Source: an uncultured delta proteobacterium (GTDB taxonomy: Bacteria > Desulfobacterota > Zymogenia > Zymogenales > Zymogenaceae). Taken from it: 64,000 nucleotides of DNA. Positions 11,023-20,072 of this stretch are shown in pieces. The first letter of the stretch is position 1; each line of letters opens with the position of its first letter. Where the stretch lies: positions 512,001 through 576,000 of the forward strand of contig CAVTLK010000005.1 of the NCBI GenBank assembly GCA_963735595.1. Reading direction: 5' to 3'. The notes beneath the pieces are model-generated. The model was not told where the DNA came from, made no database searches, and worked only from the letters and a program-made list of their open reading frames with translations. The position numbers were made by a program, and so were the translations under genes.

Positions 11023-11573
11023 TGATTCCAAGCTTCATCTTCCTCTTCCGAGAGCCATTCTCTATCGAGGTGCATTTCGCTCAGTTTTAGCATTATCCGG
11101 TTTTCGACTGCTTCTTCTTCGCGTGCCCTTTTCTCAAAAAAATCCCTCATCGATTTGTGGGTGATCGTCTCGCTCCCCTCCTCGGTCGGTTTCAGTCCGT
11201 GCCGGGCGGCAATCCACGGCGGCTCCTGGTGGGTCATCCGTTCGAGCTCTGTTGGGGAATAATCACCGTAGAGGTCAAGGATATAATCGATGAGAGTCTT
11301 TACTCTTTGGTCTGGAAAGTCGGGGCAATCGGGGTCTTCATCGATCGGATGGTAGGAGAACTCCTTGAATCGGCGGTAGAGCCGTGGTTGGACGGGGCCG
11401 CGCACCCAGGCCTGGATTTCTTCTCGAAATAGCGGTTGGTCATGAAGGCCGAGAAACCATCCCTGGGCGTAGTATACGAGTTTCTGCAATTTAAGATTGC
11501 TGATATTGTCGCCACGCTCGTGGAAGTAACAGAGAATGTAATCGGCAATTTTATCGGCTGTGGCGATACTCAT
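11019..11573 (-). CDS. Panacea/SocA (DUF4065) antitoxin with acidic C-terminal extension
   Basis: ISNLKLQKLVYYAQ, LF.E.IQAW..GPV and L...TH.E.PW motifs; GGAGGAGG ribosome-binding site before ATG 11573. Confidence 0.92.
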   Translation of the reverse strand: MSIATADKIADYILCYFHERGDNISNLKLQKLVYYAQGWFLGLHDQPLFREEIQAWVRGPVQPRLYRRFKEFSYHPIDEDPDCPDFPDQRVKTLIDYILDLYGDYSPTELERMTHQEPPWIAARHGLKPTEEGSETITHKSMRDFFEKRAREEEAVENRIMLKLSEMHLDREWLSEEEDEAWNQ

Positions 11574-11745
11574 TCTGTTACCTCCTCCATTCACAATTCC
11601 ATGTAAAGTATAGTCACACTTTTACCGGCCTGTCAACAGAATAACCCCAATACGATTTTCAGTATGAAGATTATGCATTACTTTTTCTCCCACAATAGCA
11701 AAGTTTATTGTAGAATGACGCCTCTATGAGAAAGGAACCATAACC

Positions 11746-12393
11746 ATGCCCGTCCAAAAACTCTTCTGGGACGATCCCTACCTGACCCAAATCGAGGCCG
11801 CCGTTACCTCTGTTGAGGGCGACGCCGTCACGCTGGACCGGACGATCGCCTACGCCTTTTCCGGCGGCCAGCAGTCGGACTCGGGGACGATCGGCGGATA
11901 CGAAATCCTCGACGCGCGGTGCGACGGGCTGGATATCCGCTATACGATCCCGGCGGGCCATACCCTGAAGACCGGCGACAGGGTCGCCGTGATTATCGAT
12001 TGGGACAAACGATACCGGATCATACGGCTCCACTTCGCGGCCGAGCTGGTCCTCGAACTGGTTTACCAGAACTACGGCCGGCCTGAAAAGATCGGGGCCA
12101 ACATCACGGACGACAAGGCGCGGGTGGACTTTTATTGGAAGGGCAGCATCGCCGAGACCTTCCCGTTCCTGGAAAACAGAATCAGGGAGCTCGTGGACGC
12201 GAACCTGGATATTGCGAGCGAATTCACCGACGAACGAGAGCAGCGCCGCCGCTGGCGCATCGACGGTTTTGCAGAGGTCGCCTGCGGGGGAACCCATCCG
12301 AAAAAGACCGGAGAGGTCGGGCCGGTGAAGCTCAAGAGAAATAACATCGGCGGCGGCAAGGAGCGGATAGAGATATACCTGCCGACGGCATAA
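11746..12393 (+). CDS. Free-standing alanyl-tRNA editing protein, AlaX-like
   Basis: LFWDDPYL, LDRT..Y..SGGQQSDSG, CGGTH..TGEVG and GKERIEI motifs. Confidence 0.9.
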   Translation: MPVQKLFWDDPYLTQIEAAVTSVEGDAVTLDRTIAYAFSGGQQSDSGTIGGYEILDARCDGLDIRYTIPAGHTLKTGDRVAVIIDWDKRYRIIRLHFAAELVLELVYQNYGRPEKIGANITDDKARVDFYWKGSIAETFPFLENRIRELVDANLDIASEFTDEREQRRRWRIDGFAEVACGGTHPKKTGEVGPVKLKRNNIGGGKERIEIYLPTA

Positions 12394-12542
12394 ACCATCG
12401 GCAGAGTCTTGTGGGCCGCGGGGATTTAGATCGGACGGACACCGGTATGGTGTCCGTCCTTTATTTCGGGCAAAGAAATATCTTGTATCAGGTAATATAT
12501 ATGATATACTTATATCATGTATATCATAACGCGGGGGAGTCT

Positions 12543-12896
12543 ATGGCCGAGCAGGCAAAAGAACGGATACGCCACATTCAGCTGGTCGTGCCGGCGGAAA
12601 CATATAAGGAGTTCAAGAAGATATGCGTAGACGAAGAAACCAACATGCGCGCAAAACTCCTCCAATTGATAGACGTGGCCATCGCCGCCGGCGCCGAGGC
12701 GAAAAAGAGTTTCTTTGATATGAGCGGTGAAGAAAGGGCCGCCATGTACGCGGAGGGCGTAGCGGCCGAAGTCGCCCGGCACCACGCAGCGGGAAGATAC
12801 ACAACCCACGGGGACGAGCACGGCGTGTACCGTCTTTATCCCGACGGCCGGAAGCGATACGTAAATCGATCCGATCGGGACGAGCAGGGTGACTGA
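12543..12896 (+). CDS. Putative antitoxin with ribbon-helix-helix-like N-terminus
   Basis: Small ORF with GGGGAG ribosome-binding site, overlapping the start of the zeta-like ATPase gene. Confidence 0.6.
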   Translation: MAEQAKERIRHIQLVVPAETYKEFKKICVDEETNMRAKLLQLIDVAIAAGAEAKKSFFDMSGEERAAMYAEGVAAEVARHHAAGRYTTHGDEHGVYRLYPDGRKRYVNRSDRDEQGD

Positions 12897-13512
12897 TCAG
12901 AAACCGATTCTGGCGGTCTTTGCCGGCCCAAACGGATCGGGCAAGACCACGCTAACCCGGATCGGTTACATAAACTCCACGGGTTTGCCCCGCCTCTACA
13001 TCAATGCCGATTCCATCGCCAAAGACCTTTCCATAGACGCCTACAGGGCGGCCCTGGAGGCGGAACGGCTGAGAAACGACGCGATCGCTGCCGGTGTATC
13101 GTTTGTCATGGAAACGGTCATGTCTACCCCGGGAAAGGTGGAAATGCTTCGCGAGGCCAAAAGGAAGGGATACCATATCCATTTGGAGTATATAACAACA
13201 CAGAACCCGGCCATCAATGTAGCGCGTGTCCGTAACAGGGTTCAAGACGGCGGCCATGACGTGCCGGAGGGAAAAATAGTATCACGATACGAGCGGAGCA
13301 TGAGGCTTCTGCCCAAGGCCGCGCGCATTGCCGACGTCGTGTCTCTATACGATAACTCCTCGACCAAACCGATTCTTATCGCCGAAAAAACATCCGACGG
13401 CCGATGGCTCATCTATCTCCAGCCGAGCCCCTGCTATTGGACGGAACCGCGCATCAGAAGGCTGCTCGAAATCAACGACAGCGAGACGGTGAACAAGGTG
13501 CAGAGTATATGA
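12889..13512 (+). CDS. Zeta-toxin-like P-loop ATPase/kinase
   Basis: FAGPNGSGKTT, INADSI, ETV, RV..RV..GGHDVP..I..RY.RS and YDNS motifs. Confidence 0.88.
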   Translation: MTDQKPILAVFAGPNGSGKTTLTRIGYINSTGLPRLYINADSIAKDLSIDAYRAALEAERLRNDAIAAGVSFVMETVMSTPGKVEMLREAKRKGYHIHLEYITTQNPAINVARVRNRVQDGGHDVPEGKIVSRYERSMRLLPKAARIADVVSLYDNSSTKPILIAEKTSDGRWLIYLQPSPCYWTEPRIRRLLEINDSETVNKVQSI

Positions 13513-13712
13513 GAGTTCCGGATTTCGAATGGGCCGGGCCGATCTTTTGTCCCGCGAAGAAACACATGCCTCCTTTTGATTGCATGCCTGTCAATTATCC
13601 TTGACAACCGGTTTCCTATAGTATATTTGTCATATATCAAGAGCGGCGGATAGAGTATCCGCCGTCGCCTTATCCGGGCCATCTGAACATGGAACACAAA
13701 AGGAGATTAGGA

Positions 13713-14102
13713 ATGAAACGCGTATTGTTTGCCGTTGCGATCGTTGCGTCGCTGCTGATGCTCATGTCGTTTATCGGATGCTCCGGCTCCGACGAACCGG
13801 CCACCGAAGAAACCACCCCCATGGAGACCGTGGGCCCCGATACGGCCGCGGAGCCCGTAACCGCCATCGACTGGCAGCGCAAGGGCGTTGACCTGATCCT
13901 CTCCGGCAATAACGATGAGGCCCTGGCGGCCCTGAACAAGGCCATCGAGCTGGACCCCACGCTTTCCATCGCCTACTACAACAGAGGTGACGTCTACAAG
14001 CGGCTCGGGCAGACCGACATGGCCCTGGCCGATTTCAAGGTTGCCTGTGACGGCGGCTGGGACGTCGCGTGTAAAGAGTATGCGACGCTGGGCGGCAAGT
14101 AA
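13713..14102 (+). CDS. TPR-repeat lipoprotein
   Basis: Signal peptide with FIGC lipobox; TPRs (KAIELDP..AYYNRG) ending in a ACDGG...AC cap. Confidence 0.85.
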   Translation: MKRVLFAVAIVASLLMLMSFIGCSGSDEPATEETTPMETVGPDTAAEPVTAIDWQRKGVDLILSGNNDEALAALNKAIELDPTLSIAYYNRGDVYKRLGQTDMALADFKVACDGGWDVACKEYATLGGK

Positions 14103-14135
14103 CCGATAGACTATCGACCGTCACCGGCGCACAAG

Positions 14136-14166
14136 AAAGGCGGGGGAGATCCCCCGCCTTTTTTTT
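14136..14166 (+). terminator. Intrinsic terminator, probably bidirectional
   Basis: AAAGGCGGGGGA-ga-TCCCCCGCCTTT plus T tract, between convergent genes. Confidence 0.85.
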
Positions 14167-14234
14167 GTATACCCGGATATCTGAACGCCGTCGCTCGCCG
14201 GCGGTCGTATCATATCTCATATCCGAACGCGGCC

Positions 14235-15413
14235 CTATAGCACCCACTGCCCCTCGGCGTGGGTGAGCGTACCGTCCGGCGTGAGCCAGAGCCTCAGGTT
14301 TCCGCTTTTGGGCGCCCCGTTGACGCGGGAAGAAAAGCTCATCGTCGCGATGACGGTGCCGTCCGCCGTGCTCGCGCCCGTGACGTATGCGCTGACCGAG
14401 AGCGTCCCCCCGGACCTGAAGAAATCCGACACCCCCCTGAGCATGGCCGACCGGCCGGCGCCCCCGGCCGAGCCGCTGTAGTCGGGCGAGACGAGGGCCG
14501 AGAGAGCCCCGGTATCCCCCCGGGTCAGCGCCGCGGTAAAGGCGCGGACAAACCGGGAGGCCACGGCCTCGGGATCGGCCGTCTCCGATTCCCCGACCGG
14601 CGGCCCCTCCGCGGGTATATCCGATGCGCCGTCGGCGGCGGGCGCGGGAGCCTTTTCGTCCATGATGATTGCCGAGATCAGTCCCGCGTCCGTCTCTATG
14701 GCCGGCGGCTCCCCGGAAAAGGCGAGGTCGACCGGCAATTCGTCAACCGGCACCGGAGCGCCCCTGCCGAACCTCAGCCCGGATGTCCGGCCGTCCGGCG
14801 CGCACAGGGTGATCGGGCCGCCGCCGGGCCCGGTGAAATAGGCGCACCCCGCCCCCACGGAGGCGTATTCACCCCACGCGAAGATACCCATCGCCGCGGT
14901 GATATCGGCGCCGGTCTTAGGAGATGTCACGACGGTAATCGTGCCGCCGCCCATCGAGAGCGTACATACCCCCCCCGGCGGCGCGGCGGCCCGCATCCTG
15001 CCCGATTCGAGGCGGACCGAGATGTCGTAGACTACCCGGTCACTCCCGTCGTCCCCGGCGCGCCGGGGTGCGATATCCGTGATCTCGAGTGTCGCCGACG
15101 GCCCGAGGACCAGCCGTGTCCCGCCGGAGAAGGCGAGCTCGGCCGTGCCCCCGGACCCGGTGGCGATCGTATCGCCGGCGCCGATCTTTTCGTGCCGCCA
15201 GACGGAGACGAACGAATCAGTGCCCCGGTATTTGACGGAGACCGCTCCCTTGGCCCCCTCGGCACCGTCGATGCGGGCGATTCGCGCGACGGGAGCGGAT
15301 GCGGCGCAGACGCTCGTATCCATCGAAAAGACCAGGGCCGCGGAGAGTACGAGCCCCGCGGCGATATGGGATATCGAACGCGTCGACCGTGGGGCGATAG
15401 ATCGTCGTATCAT
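14235..15413 (-). CDS. Exported FecR-like-domain protein with C-terminal NTF2-like domain
   Basis: Signal-like segment; GDTIATG..GTAELAFSGGT...LGP..L; C-terminal F..A...GD..ALSALVSPDY. Start is 15413 or 15419. Confidence 0.65.
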   Translation of the reverse strand: MIRRSIAPRSTRSISHIAAGLVLSAALVFSMDTSVCAASAPVARIARIDGAEGAKGAVSVKYRGTDSFVSVWRHEKIGAGDTIATGSGGTAELAFSGGTRLVLGPSATLEITDIAPRRAGDDGSDRVVYDISVRLESGRMRAAAPPGGVCTLSMGGGTITVVTSPKTGADITAAMGIFAWGEYASVGAGCAYFTGPGGGPITLCAPDGRTSGLRFGRGAPVPVDELPVDLAFSGEPPAIETDAGLISAIIMDEKAPAPAADGASDIPAEGPPVGESETADPEAVASRFVRAFTAALTRGDTGALSALVSPDYSGSAGGAGRSAMLRGVSDFFRSGGTLSVSAYVTGASTADGTVIATMSFSSRVNGAPKSGNLRLWLTPDGTLTHAEGQWVL

Positions 15414-15429
15414 CGTCACGTTCTCCTGT

Positions 15430-17106
15430 TTAAAACTCCAGGCGCACGAAGGCGCCATAGACCGCCTCCCCGTAGGACAGCGGGGGTTCGGGCGAGGCCA
15501 CGGAGAGGAGCCTCACGTCCATCCCGAGGGTGCCGGTTATCCCGCCGGCCGCCAGGAAGACCTGCTCCAACCGGGCCTCGAACCCGTGCTCATAGAGGTC
15601 CTCGGCGTACCTGCGCTGATAGAAGATCCCGTCGTAGCGCAGCGACCACCGGGTGGGGTAATCGGAGCCCGGGTTAATGACGGCGGAAATCCCCGCCACG
15701 ACCCGCGGGCCCACGTCCAGGTAGCGCCTGCCGGCCGCGTTGTCGTCTACCGACTCGAGTTTCACCTGGGCCATGAGGTCCGCGGAAAGGGTATAGCGGT
15801 CCGCTTCGTGCCGCCAGCCGAGGGAAAGGGTTACCGTATTGGCCAGGGTGTCAAGGTCAGCCGCCGTCAGGTCGTCGTCGCGTTCCAGGTCATACGCGGC
15901 GCCGAAACGCCACGGCCCCCGTGTGTCGGTCAGGCCGACGTGGGCATAGATGCGCTCGAACGAGACGGTATTGCCGGGGTCGGCGGACCGCTCGGAGGTA
16001 TGCGAGATCGTACAGTCGAGGGCGAGGTTGGTAAAGTGCGAGCCGGGGTCGTACATGAACGGCCGCCAGGTGATCGTAACGGCGGGGTCGCGGGTGACGG
16101 CGTGGTACTCGGTCCCATAGATATCCGTCACCAGGCCCTCGTAATAACGAAAATATGCGGTGGCGGTAAACGCGTCGCTCGGCGTATAGCGCGCCCCGAT
16201 CGACATAGTCTCGCGATCCGCTGAATAGGCGCCCATCGCGCCCACGAACGCCGGGTCCACGCGCTCCCACGCGGCCAGTATCGAGAGCTCGTTCCTGAGG
16301 GGGGTGAACGAGAGGGCGAGCCAGGCGGCGCTCCCCCATTCCGCACTGTCGTCCGATTCCCGGTCGGCAACGGTGCGGCTGACCGCGATTTCGCCGGCGG
16401 CGATCAGTCGTTCGTTCATTAGCGCGAGGCGGCCGGCCGCCGACCAGACGTCGTTGGCGTAGTCGGTCACGGTAGTGCCGGGGTAGAGGTCGGTGATCTC
16501 GGTATGGACGTAGTTTGCCGAGAGCGAGAGGCCGGGCGCGGGGGCGACCTCGACGCGAAGGCCGCCGAAGGCACGGCCGTAGGTATCGGTCTTGGGCCAG
16601 CGGTTGACGCCGCCCAGCGCGGAGAGGGCCAGCCCCTTCGTGGGCGAGAGCGTTGCCGAGGCCCCGAAGAAGGCGTTGTTGAAGGTGTAGTTGGAGTAAA
16701 CGGCCGAGAGGTCGCCCAGGCCGATATCGAAGGTCTCGCCGGTCAGCCTCAGGCGGATTTCGTTTGCCATCCACTCCTCGCCGGGGTTCCGCTGGAGGAG
16801 CGCGTCGCTCGTGTGCCTGCCCCAGAAGGAAAACTCGACCCCGGTGCCGGAGGGAAGCGGTTGAGAAAAGGTAATCCGCAGGTTCTCGTCGTAATGCCAC
16901 GCGTCGCCGGTCTCGGAATCGACGTCCAGCGTGGAGTTGAGGCGGTTACCCCAGACGGATTCGTAATAGACGTCGACCGAGTAGCTCGTGCGGAGATACC
17001 CTCCGCCGGGGAGGTCGCCGGCGTGGGCGGCAGGCACGGGGAGAGCGACGATGCCCAGGGCAAGGAAGAGAAAAGAGGTCGCTAACGTGGAGATAAATTC
17101 CCTCAT
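15430..17106 (-). CDS. Putative outer-membrane beta-barrel protein
   Basis: Signal peptide (AHA), many amphipathic beta strands, C-terminal FVRLEF. Confidence 0.75.
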   Translation of the reverse strand: MREFISTLATSFLFLALGIVALPVPAAHAGDLPGGGYLRTSYSVDVYYESVWGNRLNSTLDVDSETGDAWHYDENLRITFSQPLPSGTGVEFSFWGRHTSDALLQRNPGEEWMANEIRLRLTGETFDIGLGDLSAVYSNYTFNNAFFGASATLSPTKGLALSALGGVNRWPKTDTYGRAFGGLRVEVAPAPGLSLSANYVHTEITDLYPGTTVTDYANDVWSAAGRLALMNERLIAAGEIAVSRTVADRESDDSAEWGSAAWLALSFTPLRNELSILAAWERVDPAFVGAMGAYSADRETMSIGARYTPSDAFTATAYFRYYEGLVTDIYGTEYHAVTRDPAVTITWRPFMYDPGSHFTNLALDCTISHTSERSADPGNTVSFERIYAHVGLTDTRGPWRFGAAYDLERDDDLTAADLDTLANTVTLSLGWRHEADRYTLSADLMAQVKLESVDDNAAGRRYLDVGPRVVAGISAVINPGSDYPTRWSLRYDGIFYQRRYAEDLYEHGFEARLEQVFLAAGGITGTLGMDVRLLSVASPEPPLSYGEAVYGAFVRLEF

Positions 17107-17229
17107 ATCTTCCGCGAGGAGATAGGTCCTTGTATATTTAAAAAGTTATCGTCACATCTCTGGCCCATCATGGAAATAGTCGCCTATAATCGAGCCAATA
17201 TATGTGAGTAAATGACTGTCTTTGCCGTT

Positions 17230-19911
17230 TCATGTTAAAAACTCAATCCTCAGCGTCTCGTCCGGCATAAGCGTTACCGGTGTATCCAGCACCACGAGCG
17301 CGCCGCCACCATCGACCGGCTCGATATGCCCCGAAAGTGCAATGTCCCCCTTCGTGATCGTCGCACTGCCCGCCGTGCCCCCGATCGCCCCTAGCGAGAG
17401 CCGCTGTATCTCCAACCTCGCGTACAGGACCGTCAGCTCCGCCCGCACTTTCCCCTTTTCCACCCGCTGGGTAAACGTCCCCCAGCCCGTGCCGGTAGAC
17501 CAGAAGGTCTTAAAATCGTCCGCGCTCACCTTCGGGGCAAAGCCGTAGGCCTTTCCCGGCGCGTCGAAGGTAAAGCCCGAGAGCGCGATCACCAGCCCCC
17601 AGTTGGCCATCGCCCGGATATAGTGGTTGCCGCACTCGACCTCGTTAAAGGGATTTCGGTATCTCCCGTCGTAGCGCATCCTGATGCCTTTGACAATGGA
17701 GAGCCCCTCGTCGACCATCCCCTCGCCGATCAGGTGGACGGCCACCTGGTATTCGAAGCCCGTCATGACCTCGTCGGCATAGACGAAGGGCAGGCGCGGC
17801 CTGCCGCCGTCGGGCCAGGTGCAGATGATCAGCCCCGGCTCCCCCTCCGTGGCGAAGACCCGCTCCGGGTTGATGTGCCCGGCGAGGTCGGCCCGCCAGT
17901 TGTAGCGGAAGACCGAGGCAAGGGCCGTCTTGACGTTTGACTCGTCAAAGAGGTATCCCAGCCCGAAGAGGCGCACCAGCGCCTGCCCAAAGAGCTGGTC
18001 CGACAGGCAGCCTGTCCCGTACTGGTACTTGGGGTTGCCCTGTTCGTCCTTATCCTGGCCGCCCATGCTGACGTCCGTGGCGACGGGAGAGAGCCGGTCG
18101 GCGTCCGGGTCGATCCGCTGGACGTAGTAGCGGCCGTTGAAAAGCTCGGCGTCCATCCAGGCCGCCCCGCGCCGGGCCAGCGCCTCGTACCCGGCGGCGG
18201 TATCCCCCTCCCCCATGACGCGGGCCATCCGGGCGCCCGCGACCAGCGCCCCGGCATAGAGGCTTCCCATCATGGTGTTGGGGCCGTAAAACTCGATGTC
18301 ATACGTATTGTGCTGGAGACCCTCCATCACCCCGTCCCTGTCGGCGTCCCAGTATTTCCAGGCGTATTCGAGGGACTTTTTGACCGAGGGCCAGAGGCCG
18401 GCGAGCCAGTCCCGGTCGCCGGTCAGCATGTAGTCCCGGTATATCCGCATGACCCCGCCCATCTGGCCGTCGGCCGCCGGATGAAAGACCTCCCCTAATC
18501 CCGCCGTCCCTCCCAGGGCGGCCTCGGCGGCCTTCATCCCCAGCGGGACCGAGATCCGAAACGCCATCCGGCCGTCGTCGGCCATGCTGTAGCGGTACTC
18601 GGCCTCCCGCATGGAGCGCTCGAGCGTCGGGAAGAGGAAGGCGAGCGTCTGGGCGTAGTTCCAGACATGGGTGCAGGAACCCTCGCAGCAGCCGTCCCCG
18701 CAGTGGCAGCCCTCGAACGAATAGAGGGTGCCGTCGGGCAATACGATGCAGGTGGTGGAGCGGATCGTGGAAATCTGGCTCGATACGGCGTCGAGCACGT
18801 AGTCGGGCAGCGTCGAGGAGAAGAGGGCGTCGGAAAAACGCCTGGTCGCCGCCAGCAGCCGGCCGTGGTGCTCGGCAAGGTATACCGCGGCGGTAAAAGC
18901 GTCCGGAAAGCGTTGGGCGTAATGGTTTTGCCAGCGCGGCTTTTCCGTCACGGGCGCGCCGTCCGGACCCGTCCCGGTCACGTCCGGCCGCCAGTATCCC
19001 TCCATCGTGGGAAACGACCATGTCACGAAAAGCGGCAGCGTCACGGTCTCCCCCGGACCTATCGTTGTCTTCATCCCGAGCGTCGCGATGTCGCCGGCCA
19101 GCGGCGGGTAGGTCCGGTCGACGACATCGCCCGCGGGCTGCACCTCGTCCCAGAATGTCAACAGGTTCTCGAACCAGGCCCCCCGCGCCCAGGCCCGCGT
19201 GTAGGTAACGTCCGCGTGCGGGGTGAACATCCCCATGGACCCCCACCGGGGCGATTCGGGCTTCTTTTTCTCGGAGGCCATGTTTATCCCCCGCACCCCG
19301 TCGCGCTCCACGAATTCGTTGTAGTTGGTGAAGTCCCCGTCCACGCAGTTGTGCATGTTGAAGAGCACCGTCGCCGAAACCGGGACGGCCCTGGGGTTTT
19401 TCAGCTCAAAGAGGAAGACCGCGCCGGGGATGGAGCTGTCCTCCACGTTGTGGGGGACGAGCGGGTTATAGGCCGTCAGCGTCACCTCGAGCGGCATATC
19501 CGGGTCGGTGAACTCGATCCCGGCAAAGGGGTAACGGCCGGTGAAGGACGCCCGCTTCATGTGAGGCAGTCCCAACCCGGTGAGCCGGTTGGCCCCGAAA
19601 CCGGACCCGGAAAAGAGGCCGGGGCCGGAGCCCGCGAGCATCCGCATCGGGCGCTCGGCAAGCACTTTTACGACGGGGTCCTTGCCCTGTTCCCGCGCCC
19701 AGAGGGTGAAGAAGGAAAAGGCGTTGATACTCCCCTTGTTGGGCCGGTTCTGGATCTCCCAGTCGACCAGCTGGCCCCGGCCGGTCAGGGCTATCGTGCC
19801 GGTGCCGATGCCCCCCAGCCCAAAGGCGATCTCGTCCAGGTACCGGCCCTCTTTCGGGGCGGGGGGCCCGAAGGTCATGAGGTCTTTTTTCGGATAGGGT
19901 TTTGCGTCCAC
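17230..19911 (-). CDS. GH116-family glycoside hydrolase (GBA2-like)
   Basis: LGGIGTG..GRG...W, GSCTHVWNY, HNTYDIEFYG, EVMTGFEY and NPFNEVECG.HY.RAM motifs. Confidence 0.92.
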   Translation of the reverse strand: MDAKPYPKKDLMTFGPPAPKEGRYLDEIAFGLGGIGTGTIALTGRGQLVDWEIQNRPNKGSINAFSFFTLWAREQGKDPVVKVLAERPMRMLAGSGPGLFSGSGFGANRLTGLGLPHMKRASFTGRYPFAGIEFTDPDMPLEVTLTAYNPLVPHNVEDSSIPGAVFLFELKNPRAVPVSATVLFNMHNCVDGDFTNYNEFVERDGVRGINMASEKKKPESPRWGSMGMFTPHADVTYTRAWARGAWFENLLTFWDEVQPAGDVVDRTYPPLAGDIATLGMKTTIGPGETVTLPLFVTWSFPTMEGYWRPDVTGTGPDGAPVTEKPRWQNHYAQRFPDAFTAAVYLAEHHGRLLAATRRFSDALFSSTLPDYVLDAVSSQISTIRSTTCIVLPDGTLYSFEGCHCGDGCCEGSCTHVWNYAQTLAFLFPTLERSMREAEYRYSMADDGRMAFRISVPLGMKAAEAALGGTAGLGEVFHPAADGQMGGVMRIYRDYMLTGDRDWLAGLWPSVKKSLEYAWKYWDADRDGVMEGLQHNTYDIEFYGPNTMMGSLYAGALVAGARMARVMGEGDTAAGYEALARRGAAWMDAELFNGRYYVQRIDPDADRLSPVATDVSMGGQDKDEQGNPKYQYGTGCLSDQLFGQALVRLFGLGYLFDESNVKTALASVFRYNWRADLAGHINPERVFATEGEPGLIICTWPDGGRPRLPFVYADEVMTGFEYQVAVHLIGEGMVDEGLSIVKGIRMRYDGRYRNPFNEVECGNHYIRAMANWGLVIALSGFTFDAPGKAYGFAPKVSADDFKTFWSTGTGWGTFTQRVEKGKVRAELTVLYARLEIQRLSLGAIGGTAGSATITKGDIALSGHIEPVDGGGALVVLDTPVTLMPDETLRIEFLT

Positions 19912-20072
19912 GGCGGGCCTCGTATGGGATTTCGGCCACTATATCATAGAACGCCCCGATCTTACCCCCAATTTTTTGGGGTCGGAAAAAATCCTTGAAT
20001 ATCGGGACTCTATCGGATACAATCGGAAAAACACACGCGTACCGGGGAACTCCTCGGAAGGTGAATAAACCG

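Noticed and set aside
13638..13675. GCGGATAGAG match to the 3' end of the AlaX gene, a possible fourth tail duplication
   Set aside because: Only 10 nt are exact, the frame needs gaps, and a local hairpin (GGCGGATA/TATCCGCC) explains the sequence.
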